Numbered from the whole stretch's first letter, positions 50,359-62,726 are shown. The stretch is DNA of 63,764 nucleotides, filler included, from Folioceros fuciformis (GCA_049999805.1; 4 parts of 3 records of this genome joined end to end with filler, not necessarily neighbours in it), one strand, 5' to 3'. Numbers and translations are program-made. The notes: generated from the sequence alone by a model not told the origin.

Positions 50359-51551
50359 CTAGACGTGTTTATTTGACGCATTTGAGACCATGCATACGGC
50401 TAAAATGGTGTTTCCCTTACGCTGTACGACATTTGATGCTGGTGATGGTGCAGTTCGTCTTGGCTTGCCTGCCTTCTTTTTACGACAATCAGCTTCCCAA
50501 TGGCCAGGTATGAGACACCAATTGCAGGGTCCCTTCTTTTTGGCTGATTGTGCTTGTGGTGGATGCTTTTTATAACCAGTGTTAAGATTTGGAGTCCAGG
50601 ACTGCCTTGGTGGAAATCTTTTAGGACCCCTGTTCGCATACAGTGCCCTGGTTGAAGATTCTCCTCGGGAGGTGCCACCTTGGTTCACAGTTCGGGTTGA
50701 CTCTTCCTCGAGAAGAGCTCCAATTATATCCGCCAATGTAATATCAGGTTGTTGGCCTGGCTGAGCATTCTGGGCTACATGGCGCAAAGCAGAACTCTGG
50801 TTGCTTACAAACGTGCGGTAGCTGGGAGGAAGAGAGAGAAGGAGGGCAACTGCTGCCTGCATCTCCGTGGTCCTCGTCCCACTTGAGGTAAGCTTCGATC
50901 GTAACTGTCGAAACTTCACCACATGTTGATCCACTGGTTCATTCTCACGCATTTTACAAGTATAGAACGCTCTTGTAGCTCCAACCAGCGATGAGCCGTT
51001 GCAACTTGATATGTATGTGTGAGTGAGTCCCAAGCTTCTTTTGTATTCTCCACATCTTGTGTATGAGACATCATTGATCCATCCAATGCGGACTGGATCA
51101 CTCCAAGTGCTCTCAGGTCCAGTTTCTCCCAAGCTTCTACTTGTGCAGCGGTCATAGTGGGTCCAGTTGGTTTAGGTACGGTTCCCGGGACAACTCCCCA
51201 CAGGCCATTCTCTTTTAGAATTGTCTGGACTCTAAGTGACCAAATATCAAACTGGGACCCTGAGAAGCGGTCCTTTTCCTTGAAATCTATCTTCAGGTTG
51301 GTAATAACTGGAGTGACCATGTTTACTATGATCTGATTTGCAAGGGTAGCTGCTACTAACTCAGCTTGCTTCTTACGTGCATCTGCTAGTGCCTTCCTGT
51401 GACGTGCTCGCTGAATGCGATCAAGGGCTGGATCTACTCTAGAAGTGCTACTACCTTGTGAAGATGAAGTAGCAAAGAGAGAGAGTGGATATGAGAAATC
51501 AAGTGAAGGTGAGTTGCCTCTTCTTCTACCGCGACTTTTGCCCCTTGGCAT
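50359..51551 (-). pseudogene. gag: Copia gag, frameshifted
   Basis: FSGSQFDIWSLRVQTIL...W, a frameshift near 50980, and zinc knuckle CNWCLIPGHWEADC. A stop at 50359 precedes the protease motif FIDSG. Confidence 0.9.
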
Positions 51552-51559
51552 GTACAGTC

Positions 51560-52477
51560 TTACAAGGCTCTAGCTGGTTCAGGCTCAAGTGATCTTGGTT
51601 GCCTGGTACTGCACAGAAGCATGGCCTGAATCATCTTCATAAGCTGTGTGTCTTGCTCTTGTTCTTGCTGCGAGGTCTGAACAGGTGCGACTGGAATTTG
51701 AATCAGTGCGTCCGAGATATGAACCGGCGTGGGCGTTGCGCCTTCTGAGGTGAAATCCAGACTAGAATTCTTCAAGGAAATCTGCAGCAAATTCTTGACG
51801 TGCCCAGAAAGGGTCCTAATGTGTGTACTAAGACGTGTGATTTCACTGGACAGGTGCACAGAGCGCTGGCGAACTTGTTCTGAGTGATTTCGCAACAGTG
51901 CATCCACTCTGGCTGTGTGTGCCTCAATCAAACCCGACAATCCTGCCACGGAGTCATAACCTGGTGCGGTAAATGCTGTGAAATCATAAGACTTAGAACG
52001 TGCAAGCTCGCGTGCTCTCTGTTCAGAAATTATGCGTGCGTTCTGGATATTTTGTCGACCTTGGCATCTAAGGACAGCAAGAGGATCTGGTTTCAGGTGT
52101 TGCTGACGGAATTGAGTTGTGCGACGCCTATGCTGACGCCTGTGATCTATGTGCGTGTGCAGGGGGTTGAAATTGCAATGTGTTGCAAAGAACCGGTGAA
52201 GATTCTGGTCGTGCACGTCCTCTGGCACACTGCGACAGCCAAGAAAGGGGTCTGCAGGCAAATGCATGGCTCTACCTCGCGCTCTCGGCATCGCGCGCAG
52301 TCAGTCGTAGTAGTGACTGACGGCGCTTGCAAGAAAGGCGTCGGCCATTGCGCCAAATCGGGTAAGAGATACTCGGAGTGCAGAGATTGCTGCATAAAAT
52401 TCTTCGAGGCTCAAATTTCTAATGCAATTCAAACTCTTGCAGATGTTGCTCTCGCGCGGTGGCGACGCATCCTCCAT
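51560..52477 (-). pseudogene. Extra ORF0 between PBS and gag (~305 codons, one internal TGA)
   Basis: ATG at 52477, 4 nt after the PBS, is in frame with the 243-aa ORF through a single TGA at 52301-52303. The stop lies 8 nt before the gag ATG. Heptad segment VHLSSEITRLSTHIRTLSGHVKNL. Confidence 0.7.
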
Positions 52478-52481
52478 TACC

Positions 52482-52493
52482 GCTCTGATACCA
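52482..52493 (-). other. Primer-binding site (initiator tRNA-Met, TGGTATCAGAGC)
   Basis: Exact motif abutting the 5' LTR. Confidence 0.95.
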
Positions 52494-52725
52494 TATAAAT
52501 TAGGATCGAGGTGGAAGCGAGAGCAAGCAAGAAGATGTAGAATGATAATCTTTACTTTGGCCGTGTGGCCTTAAAAAAGACTGAACGGTTGTGTCCTGTG
52601 AGTGTGAAATTACGGCGATGAGTTTTAGGTCGCCGACCCTTGTGTATGTCGCTAGGAATCTACCGGTTCCCATCTAAATATGATTTACTATTTATTAATG
52701 CTCGATATATATAATTCTACCAATA
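52494..52725 (-). repeat. 5' LTR of the young copia
   Basis: Direct repeat of 46260-46492. Confidence 0.95.
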
Positions 52726-54644
52726 CTACCAGCAACCCCGCCACTTCAATTTGATCTGCCATGCATCCTGCTGCCTCCAGACCTAGTTGTCGCCACTCAC
52801 CTAGCTGGAATTCGGCTGCTAGTGTCGGGCTGGTTGGCTATCTGGCAATTCGACCAGACCTGCCGGGATCCGCCAGCAAGTTCGCCTGCTCGTCAGCCAG
52901 ATCCAGTCACCTACAGCCCCCCCTAGATCCTTCCGGGCGGTCAGCTTGCTGGCCCGCCTACTGCTTGCATGCAGCCACCCCCGTCACCTGCTACTAGCCA
53001 GTACGCCAGCTACCGATGCCTACCTGCAGCCGGGCCAGGTTGGCTGCTAGCTGGGCGCTTCAGTCACCGTCGTCCACCAGCCGATCTTCCCCAGCCTGGA
53101 TTCTCCTCGGCCAGCCGGCTTGCTCCTACTAGCAGCCCACTTGGTGCAGCGCCTCCCGCAGATCATTTCTCATCCAACCTGCTGCCTCTGGCCTCTAGAG
53201 CTAGCCAGGCAGGTTTGCCTGCCAGCCGTTGCAAGCCGGCCCCCGTCACCTGACTCGCCCAACTGCTGCCTTGCTTGCTTGCCTGCAGCCGGCCTATGAG
53301 TCCGCCTAGATGCCAAATCGCCACCCCTGGGTGTCTGGCTCCAAAAATCAACAAGCCAGGCCACCTCTCGCTTGCAGCAGGCCTGGCTTGCTTCAGATCA
53401 GTTAGCCAGGCCAGGCGGATCCAGCGCCGCCTCTGCTTGGCGGATCCTCGCCATGGCCCAGCCAGCCCCCTGGCCAGCTAGACCCCACTTGCCGAGGCCC
53501 AACTGCCTTTGGATCTGCCAGCCCCTCCTTCCGCTCAGCTAGAGCCCGGGCTACCCGACACTCAAAGCTTGACTGTTTGGATCCAGCCCACCTGGTCGTC
53601 TGGTTCGGATCCCACGTGCCTGTGCTGCTGTTAGGCCTGGATCCTAACGGCACCGGCCACAGCCTGCCTGGCAATCTGGCAGGCAGCCACCCCACCTAGC
53701 CTGGGCCCGGCTGCTGCTGAGCGGCCGGCCTTTGCTGAGCTAGCCCGACCAAGTCCACCCCTGACAGCCGCCATGCGCTCCACCAGTCTTCCCAGCCCGG
53801 ATCCCCTCCTGGCCTAGGTTCGGGCCTGATTTGCTCCCACCGGCCCAGGTAGCCGATTAGCCCTCCTACCCGCTGAACCCAGCTAGGACCCCGGCTCGGA
53901 TCTGGCCCTAGACCTCCTGCTTGCCACCAGCCCAGGCTGGACTACTGGCTGGGTGGACTAGCCAAGCAGTCAAGTCAATCCTCCTCAGCCACCGCCTGAC
54001 TGCCCTTTTTGCCCCTGGCTCCGGCTACCTCCTACTACTTAGCCCACCTGGATCCCGCCAGCAGCCCCCCCCGGCTGGGCTGCCTGCGACTAAGACGTGT
54101 TGCCCATCAGAAGCCTCTTGACGTTCCAACCTCTAGCAGGCACGCCCTGCTGCTGCTTAGCCGTGACCCCAACCATCTTATCCCCGGCCTACTACACAGC
54201 CCGGCCGGTCCCCTCGTTGAGCTTGGCAGCTAGTCTCATGGCCTGCCGGCCAAGCGCCCTTCGGCCTTGACTAGCGTCTGCCAGCCGGAGCCTATCACCG
54301 ACCCGCCTGGCTGCTAACCCAGCCACCTTTGCTCTCGTGATCCTTGCCTAGCCGGTGCACCAGGAGCAAGGGCCCGTCATCCCCGTCTTTTCCCCCAGGA
54401 ACCCCGACTCGCCCTTCCCACGCACAGTCCTAGGCTTCCACACACATCTAGGCACCCTAGCCAAGAGACCTAGACCCGTGGCCTACCTACCACACATCCC
54501 ACCAAGCCCCTATCGATTCACCGTTAATCTAACCTCTAATCTAACCTAATCTCCTAACCACTCCTCTACGAATTTCAATCAGAAAACCAAAAAAAACAAA
54601 ACTCTACCATTTCCCAGGGATCTACTCGTCATGTGGACTCCACA

Positions 54645-56280
54645 GGGAGGCTGGCTATGAGCTGTGTTGTCATGTCCACCTTCGAGATTCTGCTGTTAAG
54701 AGTAGCAAGCTAAGCCCTGAGGTAGCGCAGCTTCGATACATGTGCCCCAACCGATTCTCCATCCTTCAAACGTAGAGCATGGAAAGCATTACGGGCAGCA
54801 ACCAAGGTAAGAATGTTCTGTACTTGATATGTGTCCGTCAACTGTTTCCGCACTGTTGCTGCTGTATCATGAAACTCCACCTCTGTAACGGTGGATTCAT
54901 CAAGTCCTGACAACAAAATTGCATAAGCTATCTTGTTGCCTTTCTTCCACTTATCAATTTCAGCTTGTGTGGGGGCTGTTCCTCTTGGTGGAACAGGAAC
55001 TGTGGAAGGATCAGGAGTAGACTCGTCGGCATACTCCCACACGTCGCGAGCGTTGAGATTAGCCTTCATACGAGCTCTCCAGCTTTCAAATCTAGAGTGA
55101 GTACCATCAAACCTATCCTTTTCCTTAAATTCTCCAAAATAAACAAAAGTATTGAATGGTACTGGGTTTGATGAACTCGTTGTGACAGGTGGAATAACCG
55201 GAAGTGGTGGACAGGAGTAAAGCCAAGCAAAAGGCTCTGAATCCGACTCACTATCAGAACTATCGCACAAAGACATACACTAGGATAAGTCTTTCCTAGA
55301 CTATATCCTGGCTTTAGCATGCCATTGTTTTGGATTTTATAGCTACTTCTGCCTAGCAGGCCCTCTAAAGGATTTCATAAATAGGTGAACTTAAATTGCT
55401 GGTGAAGCGGTAAGGTATATCTGAAAGGGTATGCCAAACCCTAAAAAACAGAAAAGTCACATGATAACTAACTAACTCGTGCTTTAAACCTAATGTGCAG
55501 GTGCACAAGAGCTAAAGAGGTGCAGATTAGCAACCATTCACAAAACCAAGGCTAGAGATTGCACAGCTAGAAGCCTATCCCAACAAACACCTTGATCAGG
55601 GGCGCCGATTGAGAGTAGAAGACCAAACTTGCACAGCTCCTGACTATGGCAAAATGCCACTTCAAATCTCACCTTGCGCGTCACTGAGATCCAGCGCTGA
55701 ACTAAGAACTAGCACCAGAATTTTGTGGGAACATGAGATTCCAAAAACAGCGCAACTGCAGGTTGCACTTCTGAAATTGGTGCAAGTCTGAAGTGAATTG
55801 TTAAATTGGACAGGTCATTCGTCATTGTGAGCACCTCATGGCGAACTATATCAATGTTTGAAGAAATTCCCACAAAAAACGGAGATGTTGCTGTGATGAA
55901 CCGAGCGAGCATGGACTCAACAACCTCTAGACGAAGCAGAATTCTTTCAATCGCCAGCGGATCAAACAAGAGGTAAGGCTTTTCCTCAGCAATTTTCTGT
56001 CCTCCTCTTAATGGTACAGGCAACATCTCGTCTTCACCGCTTCGCTGCTCAAAACGATTTAGCAAGGGCTAGCGGTGTGCTGCCACCCTGCCTTTGTAGC
56101 TTTTGGGGAGACTGAAACTGCTGCTGTACGGATGCTATGATTTCTCCCGGCACACATCCAATCTCTATTAGCAATCCAGCCACCTGAAAATAGTTCATCA
56201 TGATGCCTTTGAATGTATTCCTCCCTAACAAGAATCCCAGAAGAATTATTCATGAGTGGACGTCCTCAATGGCACCTATA
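54645..56280 (-). mobile_element. Old copia element: gag N-terminal half plus upstream ORF0 relic
   Basis: FKEKDRFDGTHSRFESWRARMKANL...LTDTYQV is homologous to the young gag. Upstream ORFs 55709-56231 resemble ORF0. Confidence 0.8.
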
Positions 56281-56772
56281 CCTCCTGGGCATTTTTCCAG
56301 GGTAGGATGCTAGAACTCAGCTAGCAATTTTTTATTACTACACATGTGTGCAGGTAGGCGAGACTCTGCTATCATTCGAACATCATTCTCAAAAGCTACC
56401 TATTGCTCCTAAAATGTCATGTTGTGGATTAACAAAAGCCTACCTACTATCAGTGCTGAAGAAGCCGCTTGACCTACGCTTGTTGTTGTTCTAAACATCG
56501 TGTTGCTCAATGCTCTTTGCAAAGCAATGGATACACGATGTCGAAAGAAGTATACCATAGAGGAAAGAGGAAGAACAACATTCCTATTACTTTGATAACC
56601 TTTGCATAGTCCTTGATGAACCTTGAAAAGTCTTTGCCCATGGCCCCATGAGTCTTGTTGCTCTAGAGTCTTAAGAGCAAGGGATGAAAATATGCGGTCT
56701 TATAGGGGAGAATACTTAAGGACTTTGGTGGTTGATTGCTAAGTTAGCCTATGGAAAATGATATTTTTGCAC

Positions 56773-56869
56773 TATTGTAATTAATGCTAGCGTGTAAAGA
56801 TGGTATGCCAAAACCAAGTTTATTGTAATTAATGCTAACGTGTAAAGATGGTATGCCAAAACCAAGTTT
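56773..56869. repeat. ~49-bp direct duplication
   Basis: TATTGTAATTAATGCTARCGTGTAAAGATGGTATGCCAAAACCAAGTTT occurs twice. Confidence 0.85.
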
Positions 56870-59800
56870 AGGGTTCATGTCTATTTAGCAAGACATCATA
56901 TCTACAAGGATTGCCACTTAAGCAAAAAGCTAAGGTATAACAAGGTATCTCCATCATAATTAAAACTAACGCATATATGGACAACCTTCACTACATAACA
57001 TGAGTAATCATATAATATAGAAGAATAGATATAAGATATGATTTTTTAACAAAAACGTGAGTTATGGTTGATAGTCATTCCCCGGTCAATGACAATGTAA
57101 GCACACCAATAGTTTTTCTTGTTGAAAGGAACAAAATATCAAGGGAAAAAGAAAAACTTAGAAACCAGTAAGACAAGCTTCTTCAAGGCAAGGCCACATT
57201 GTGTTTATATGAGTATGCCAACACGAAGTAGAGGAGAAAATACCGTAGAAATATGTACTCATCAAGTGGTATGGAGACATAGACCTGTAGAAACAATAAA
57301 GTGGATAACGCTAATTTTAAAATATTGTGTGGGTCGTGAATGAGGAGGTTTGCGAGGAGGGCTTGCACTTGCACGATTGCGATGGAAGCAGATAAGTGTG
57401 GGTGTAAAGCGGTGGAAAGGCGGCATTTCTATTGGATAGTTTCCGTGCGCGGTGCAGGGAAAGGTAGTATATTAAAATAGGCGGCACGCTTCATGAGTGC
57501 AATGAAATAAGAAAATTTATAGGCGCGACTTAGTTGACAACAGCTATTTCGAAAAGCGGCGTGAGCAGAAGGGGTTTTGAACGATTTTGTGAGGCGAGAG
57601 AGCCGTACGTGTCCAACGAGGAGAGGTAGAACTGGAGCAGATAGGCGCGCCCGAGGTGAAGCGATGGTAGCTGCAGCTTTTACACCGTGTACACAAGCAT
57701 CTCTTCCTTTTCCTGTCCATGGATCTGGACCGAGCGAGATTCGCATTCGAAAACGGATTTTCTTAGAGAAGAAAGAAAGTCTGAGAGTACAGGCAAGCAG
57801 CGGTAGTATAACAAATGCATAACAGAGGTGCAAGGTGGGATCCCTCCACTCCACAGCAGGCCGTCTCCTTGGGTGATGATCACCTTACCATGGTAACACT
57901 GGTGAAGTGTGTACACGCATGTCTCGAGTGTACGTGCCTTCCCTGTGCAGTGTGCCGGAATGTCAGCACTAGGCAGCGCTTGCAGGCAGGCCAGGCGGCC
58001 AGCCAGCCAGCCCATCAGTGATGAGTGAAGGATACGGTCGGAGGGTCCAGCCAGGCTGTGTGATCTCGCCTTCTCCATTCCCATGAGCTGCAGGCAAACT
58101 TGAGAGAGGGATTCCTCAGATTCGTTGGTTCGGCAATGAATGAGTCGGACGCGCAACAAGGTAGCTAGCTAGATAATGCGGGGCGCGGGTATACATGCTT
58201 GCACCCATCATGGGTTTCAAGCTGGCCCCGCAACCACGAGCTGATGCTGCTGCGTTGATGAGACGTCGAGCCTGCACGTCCAGCACAGATCGACGGAAGG
58301 GATCAACAAGAGCAGGAGGTGTGATGACAGGAGAAGCAGAGGAAGAGGCACACACCGAGGATCTCCCTCCTGGGTCACGGAGGTAGAGTCCGTGGAGACA
58401 CAGACAGAAAGGCATTCAAGCGAAGCGGCACCGCACTCAACAGTGCATTGCACTGCACCGGCTATGATTGCACGCAAAACACACCAACTGTTGAAGCAAA
58501 AGCTGCTGTACATTCGGCACGCAGGCAAATGAGCTGTGAAGCGGCATACACAGCATGAGGGAGACGCGGGTCCTTGCGCCTCACCTCCACACCTAAGCAA
58601 TGCCCCCTCTCATGGCAGACAGGCAGGAGCCAGCCAGCCAGGTCCGGATCAAGACTGCATACACAAACTACAGTACACAAGGAAGACTCACACAAGAGGC
58701 CAGGCAGGCTCGAAAGCGGGTGAAAGAAGTGCAGGCAACGAAGGATAGGCAAGGCAAAGCAGGAAGGAAGTGAAAGCGGGTGGGGTAGTAGCGGAAGAGT
58801 AGTAGTAATGTCACCTCACTATCAGCCATGAAATTGGGAGCTGCATCAGATGCAGCAAAAAAAAATTTACTACCACAAATGAATGAATGGATGCCTTGCC
58901 TACCTTCAGAGTCGCATATAAAAAGTTCCTCAATCAGCAGCCAGAGCAAGGAAAAGTTATAAGGCCTGCCACACTTTGTAAGAGGCACAACAAACAGGAG
59001 AAACTCACGTGTGGTTGCACACACTGTCTGTCTGACTACATACATCAAAGATCTGCCTTGCCTTGCCTTGCCTTAGCCTTGCTCTTGCCCCTGCCCCTGA
59101 TCCTGTGTTTCAGGGCAGGGCGCCTACGCACCGGGTTCTAACACAAGCCTCAAGTTGAGCTGCCATGCCACCAGCTCTGGCTCCAACAGTTGCGATTTGA
59201 GCGACCGACTGTAACTGTGACTGAGGCTGAGACTGGTGAGAGGTTAAATCAACATCCATCGGTTGCGTGCACCAGCTTGGCTCGGATGGCATCCATTGGC
59301 GCACCTTGAGAAGAGTAAATCCCAGATGCGCTCACAGAGAGCGTGATAAGGGAGAGCCACACTAATCATCTCTAACTCAATATTCCATGGTGCGTAAGCG
59401 CCCTTAGCAGCACTGGAACTGAAACTGCAAATCACGAGAGAAGAAGGAAAAAAATGGAAAAGACTAGAACTACACTACGCTAACAGGTCTACCTTGGCTG
59501 GCTGGTTGGCTGGCTGGTTGGCTGGCTACTCACAATCAGTCAGAGAAGGAGGCACTCATCCTCTCTCTGTGCTCGTTAAAGAATGCCGAGCGACATGGGC
59601 AACATCATACTTTACACACAGAGTGATCATCTCGACTCATCTACCTGCCTGCAGGTGTCCAATTTTGCAACTGCAGGAGGTGCAGGCTTAATGGTGGAGT
59701 TCGTTCTACATAGCTATCTACTGACTACTGCACTAGACTAGAGACCTCTGCGTCTACCCTGGCAAAGGGAGGGAGAGAAGGAAGGGAGGATAGGGATAGC

Positions 59801-60113
59801 AAGATACATAGAAAAGGCGGGGCGGGGGGGCGAGGCGAGGCAAGGTAGGTGGGAAGAAATACGACGGGAAAGGGCTGAAGCAAAGGCGGAAAAAGGGAAG
59901 AGAAAGGGAAAAAAGGAGGAACGACAGGAAAGGGAAACAGGAAGCAGCAGCTGGTGATCTATACTCTTCTCCAGCGGCAGAAGCAGCAGCCGCAGGAAGT
60001 GCAGAGCGGCTGCCACTGCAACGGAAGATACTCGGGTGGAATGCTGGGTACTGGTGGGAGGGAAGGTGGGGAGGACGAGGTAGAGGGAGGGGAAGGAGAA
60101 GGAGGAGGGAATC

Positions 60114-61274
60114 TTACAGCTTCTTGCCCAGTGTGTGCTTGTTGTTGTGCATCCAGACCTTGAGTACATGGCGCTTGACGCCGACATCGGCACAGAATTG
60201 CTGCACTGCCGCCTCGTCGTGCTTCTGGATCTTCCAGCCCAGCTTGTCAGCGAAGGTGCACATCTTCTCCTTTTGCTCGGTGGAAAACTTCGTACGGAAG
60301 CGCTTCTTCATGGCGGCAGGGGAGGCGGAGCCGAGGCCGCCCTCCTGGTCATCGGAGTCGGCAGGCCCGGTGTTGAGAGCCATGAGGATGGGCGCCGGTG
60401 TGCGGGACGGCATCATGCCCAGGGTGTTTGGCAGCGGGAGCGGGGAGGGCGTGCTGAGGCCGCCCACGCCTCCTCCTACTGGAACCCCGCCTCCACCTCC
60501 TGCTCCTCCTGCTCCGCCACCCACGCCCACAGGCCCCACGCTACTGCTCCGCTTGCGATCCTTGGCCCGTAGCCCGGGCGGCAGGTGGCAGTCGCAGGCC
60601 GGCTGCTCCCCCTCCACCTCCCGCCTGTGGAAGTTGCGGTGGCAATCGCAAGCAGCACACTTGAGAGACTCCAACGTGCCCTCTTCTCCGCTGGGCATGA
60701 ATTCGCCACAGCCGTCGATGGCGTGCCCGCCCATGCTAGCTGCGTGGTTCTTGTGGCATTCCCGGTACCGCACAGCCTTCTTCTGTCCCCCACCTACTGC
60801 TGCTGCTGCTGCTCCTCCAGCCCCACCTCCTGCTGCAACAGCAGGAGCAGCAGCGACGACCACTGCGCTTCCTCCTCCAGCCACCACAGGAGGAGGCGGC
60901 GCAGGAGATACACCAACGACTTGCACTCCTCCAACTCCGACTCCCCCCCCCACACCCCCCCAGCCCACAGGCCGGCCCCCCACCACCCCGAGCCCGGGGC
61001 TGGGAACCAGCGCCTTGCTGGGCGTATTGCTGCTACTGTTGTCCAAGCTAGCCAGCGGGCGCAGCAGCTGCTGCTGCTGCTGCTGCTGTACTCCCACTCC
61101 GACGCCGACGCCCGCTCCTACCCCAGCGGTGCTGGCATTCATGTCGTCGGCGCCTGCGGTGCCCGTGCCGTTGCCGCTGGTGAGCATCTTGAGCTTGGCG
61201 CTCTCGTGCAGGCTGGCGTAAGAGGAGCTGATGGGCATTGGCATCTCTCCGCCTCCGTCGTGTCCCAAATCCAT
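60114..61274 (-). CDS. ZHD: ZF-HD (zinc finger-homeodomain) transcription factor
   Basis: Zinc finger [23 protein letters not shown]...[16 protein letters not shown] and homeodomain [16 protein letters not shown]...[10 protein letters not shown]. The likely ATG is at 61274, downstream of a predicted 5'UTR intron (61317-61503). Confidence 0.95.
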   Translation of the reverse strand: MDLGHDGGGEMPMPISSSYASLHESAKLKMLTSGNGTGTAGADDMNASTAGVGAGVGVGVGVQQQQQQQLLRPLASLDNSSSNTPSKALVPSPGLGVVGGRPVGWGGVGGGVGVGGVQVVGVSPAPPPPVVAGGGSAVVVAAAPAVAAGGGAGGAAAAAVGGGQKKAVRYRECHKNHAASMGGHAIDGCGEFMPSGEEGTLESLKCAACDCHRNFHRREVEGEQPACDCHLPPGLRAKDRKRSSSVGPVGVGGGAGGAGGGGGVPVGGGVGGLSTPSPLPLPNTLGMMPSRTPAPILMALNTGPADSDDQEGGLGSASPAAMKKRFRTKFSTEQKEKMCTFADKLGWKIQKHDEAAVQQFCADVGVKRHVLKVWMHNNKHTLGKKL

Positions 61275-62726
61275 AGTCGTGGATGTCCCCGTGGTGCCTC
61301 TGTCGGACACTCCTCCCTGAAAAACAAAAGCGAGCAAGCCGGGCAGGCAGGCGAGCACAGCACGGCACGGCACGGCACGACCCCCTCTCTACCAGTGCGA
61401 GAAGCAGCAGCAGCCTGTCCTACTCCGTCGCCTCCCCTGCTCCCACCACATATCTCCACTTCACTCCTCCCCTTTGCTCTCCGCTGCACTCCAGCCCACT
61501 CACCCTTCCCTCCCACGGGGTCCTTCACTGGCTGTCCCTCGCAGTTGCAGTGTCAAACGGTGAGATGGAGCCCCCGGATCCTGAGAGCTTTGCCACCAAG
61601 CAGGAGGCGGCCAAGCGCCCACGACGCCGTCATGGCTCCAATGCAGGAAGGGTCGGGCAGCCACCAAAAATTCCCCGCCTTCTTCCCGCACCAACCGCCT
61701 GCCAAGGAATACCAAAAATGGCGCAGAAGCAGCATGAGAGCGACGCTGAAATTGAAATCGCAGTCCCCGGTCCCTATCCGGATTTTTGAATCACGTTGCC
61801 TAGCAGTCACACGCACCCACGCATACAGACAGCGAGCAAGCCAAGCAGCAAAAGACAAACAAGGAGCGCAAACAGGGACACAAAAATGCGAAATGCAAAG
61901 TGCGAGGCAAGGCAGGCAATGCGGCGAAGGGGCAGGCAGGCAGCAGGAAGGAAAGCAGGCAGGCAGGAGGGCAAGGCGGATTTGAAGCACGAAAGCGAGC
62001 AAGGTGTAACGAGGAGGAGGAGGAGGAGCAGCACAAAGCGAGTAGGAAATCCAGAGAAGAGCCAAGGCAAGGCAGAGCAGGGCGCGCGGGGTTTACTTAG
62101 AAGAAGAGAGTCGAGACGGATGACACCCAACGGAGAGCCTGGAGGAGTAGAGGGTATTAGCGGCGGGCGGCGGGGCGGGGGTAAGCGTAAGCAAAGCAGA
62201 CGGCTGAGTGGAAGGCAAACAGAGGATGAGGCAAAGAAAGGTGGAGGGCATAGACAAAGCCAAACCCGCGTCGGGAGCTAAGCTGGGCCCAAAGCCCGGC
62301 GCTGAAGGCGAGAGTCAAGGCAAGGGGAGGGGCAGGGGGGGCTGGGGCAGAGGCAGAGGCAGGTGCAGAGCGGGCGCGGGGCGTGGGGTGGAATGGGAGT
62401 GGGCGCTACGGGACAGCAGACAGAGAGTTGATGAGAGCAGCGGCCAGCAGCAGGCCGCAGCGCAGCAGGAGGTCCGAGGAACAGGAGGTGTAGGGGCAGG
62501 AGCTGGGCACTGGGCACTGGGCACTGGGCACTGGACTGGGCAGCAGAGCGGCTGGAGCAGAGCGGGGAGCAGCAGGAGCGAGGAAAGGAGCGAAAGGTGA
62601 GCGGGGCGGGAGAAAGAGATGAGATGNNNNNNNNNNNNNNNNNNNNNNNNNNNNNNNNNNNNNNNNNNNNTTAATTAATTAANNNNNNNNNNNNNNNNNN
62701 NNNNNNNNNNNNNNNNNNNNNNNNNN

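Larger units (their letters stand above)
46260..52725 (-). mobile_element. Full-length Ty1/copia LTR retrotransposon with TA...TA termini
   Basis: LTRs 46260-46492 and 52494-52725 (5 substitutions + 1 indel). TSD CTACC at 46255-46259 and 52726-52730. iMet PBS 52482-52493, PPT 46493-46505. Domain order gag-PR-INT-RT-RH. Confidence 0.96.
43893..54644. mobile_element. ~4.3-kb solo LTR or non-coding LTR-type insertion (10.75 kb including the nested copia)
   Basis: Termini TGTGGAGT...ACTCCACA (8-bp inverted repeat, TG...CA). 5-bp TSD GGGAG at 43888-43892 and 54645-54649. It splits the old gag at SLP. The interior is C-rich and lacks recognisable domains. Confidence 0.85.

Noticed and set aside
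51884-52498. 204-aa plus-strand ORF in the copia 5' region
   Set aside because: Non-ATG start and codon-register shadow of ORF0; the same frame has several stops upstream.
60124-61985. Long plus-strand ORFs (365 and 466 aa)
   Set aside because: Antisense shadows of the GC-rich ZF-HD gene and its leader.
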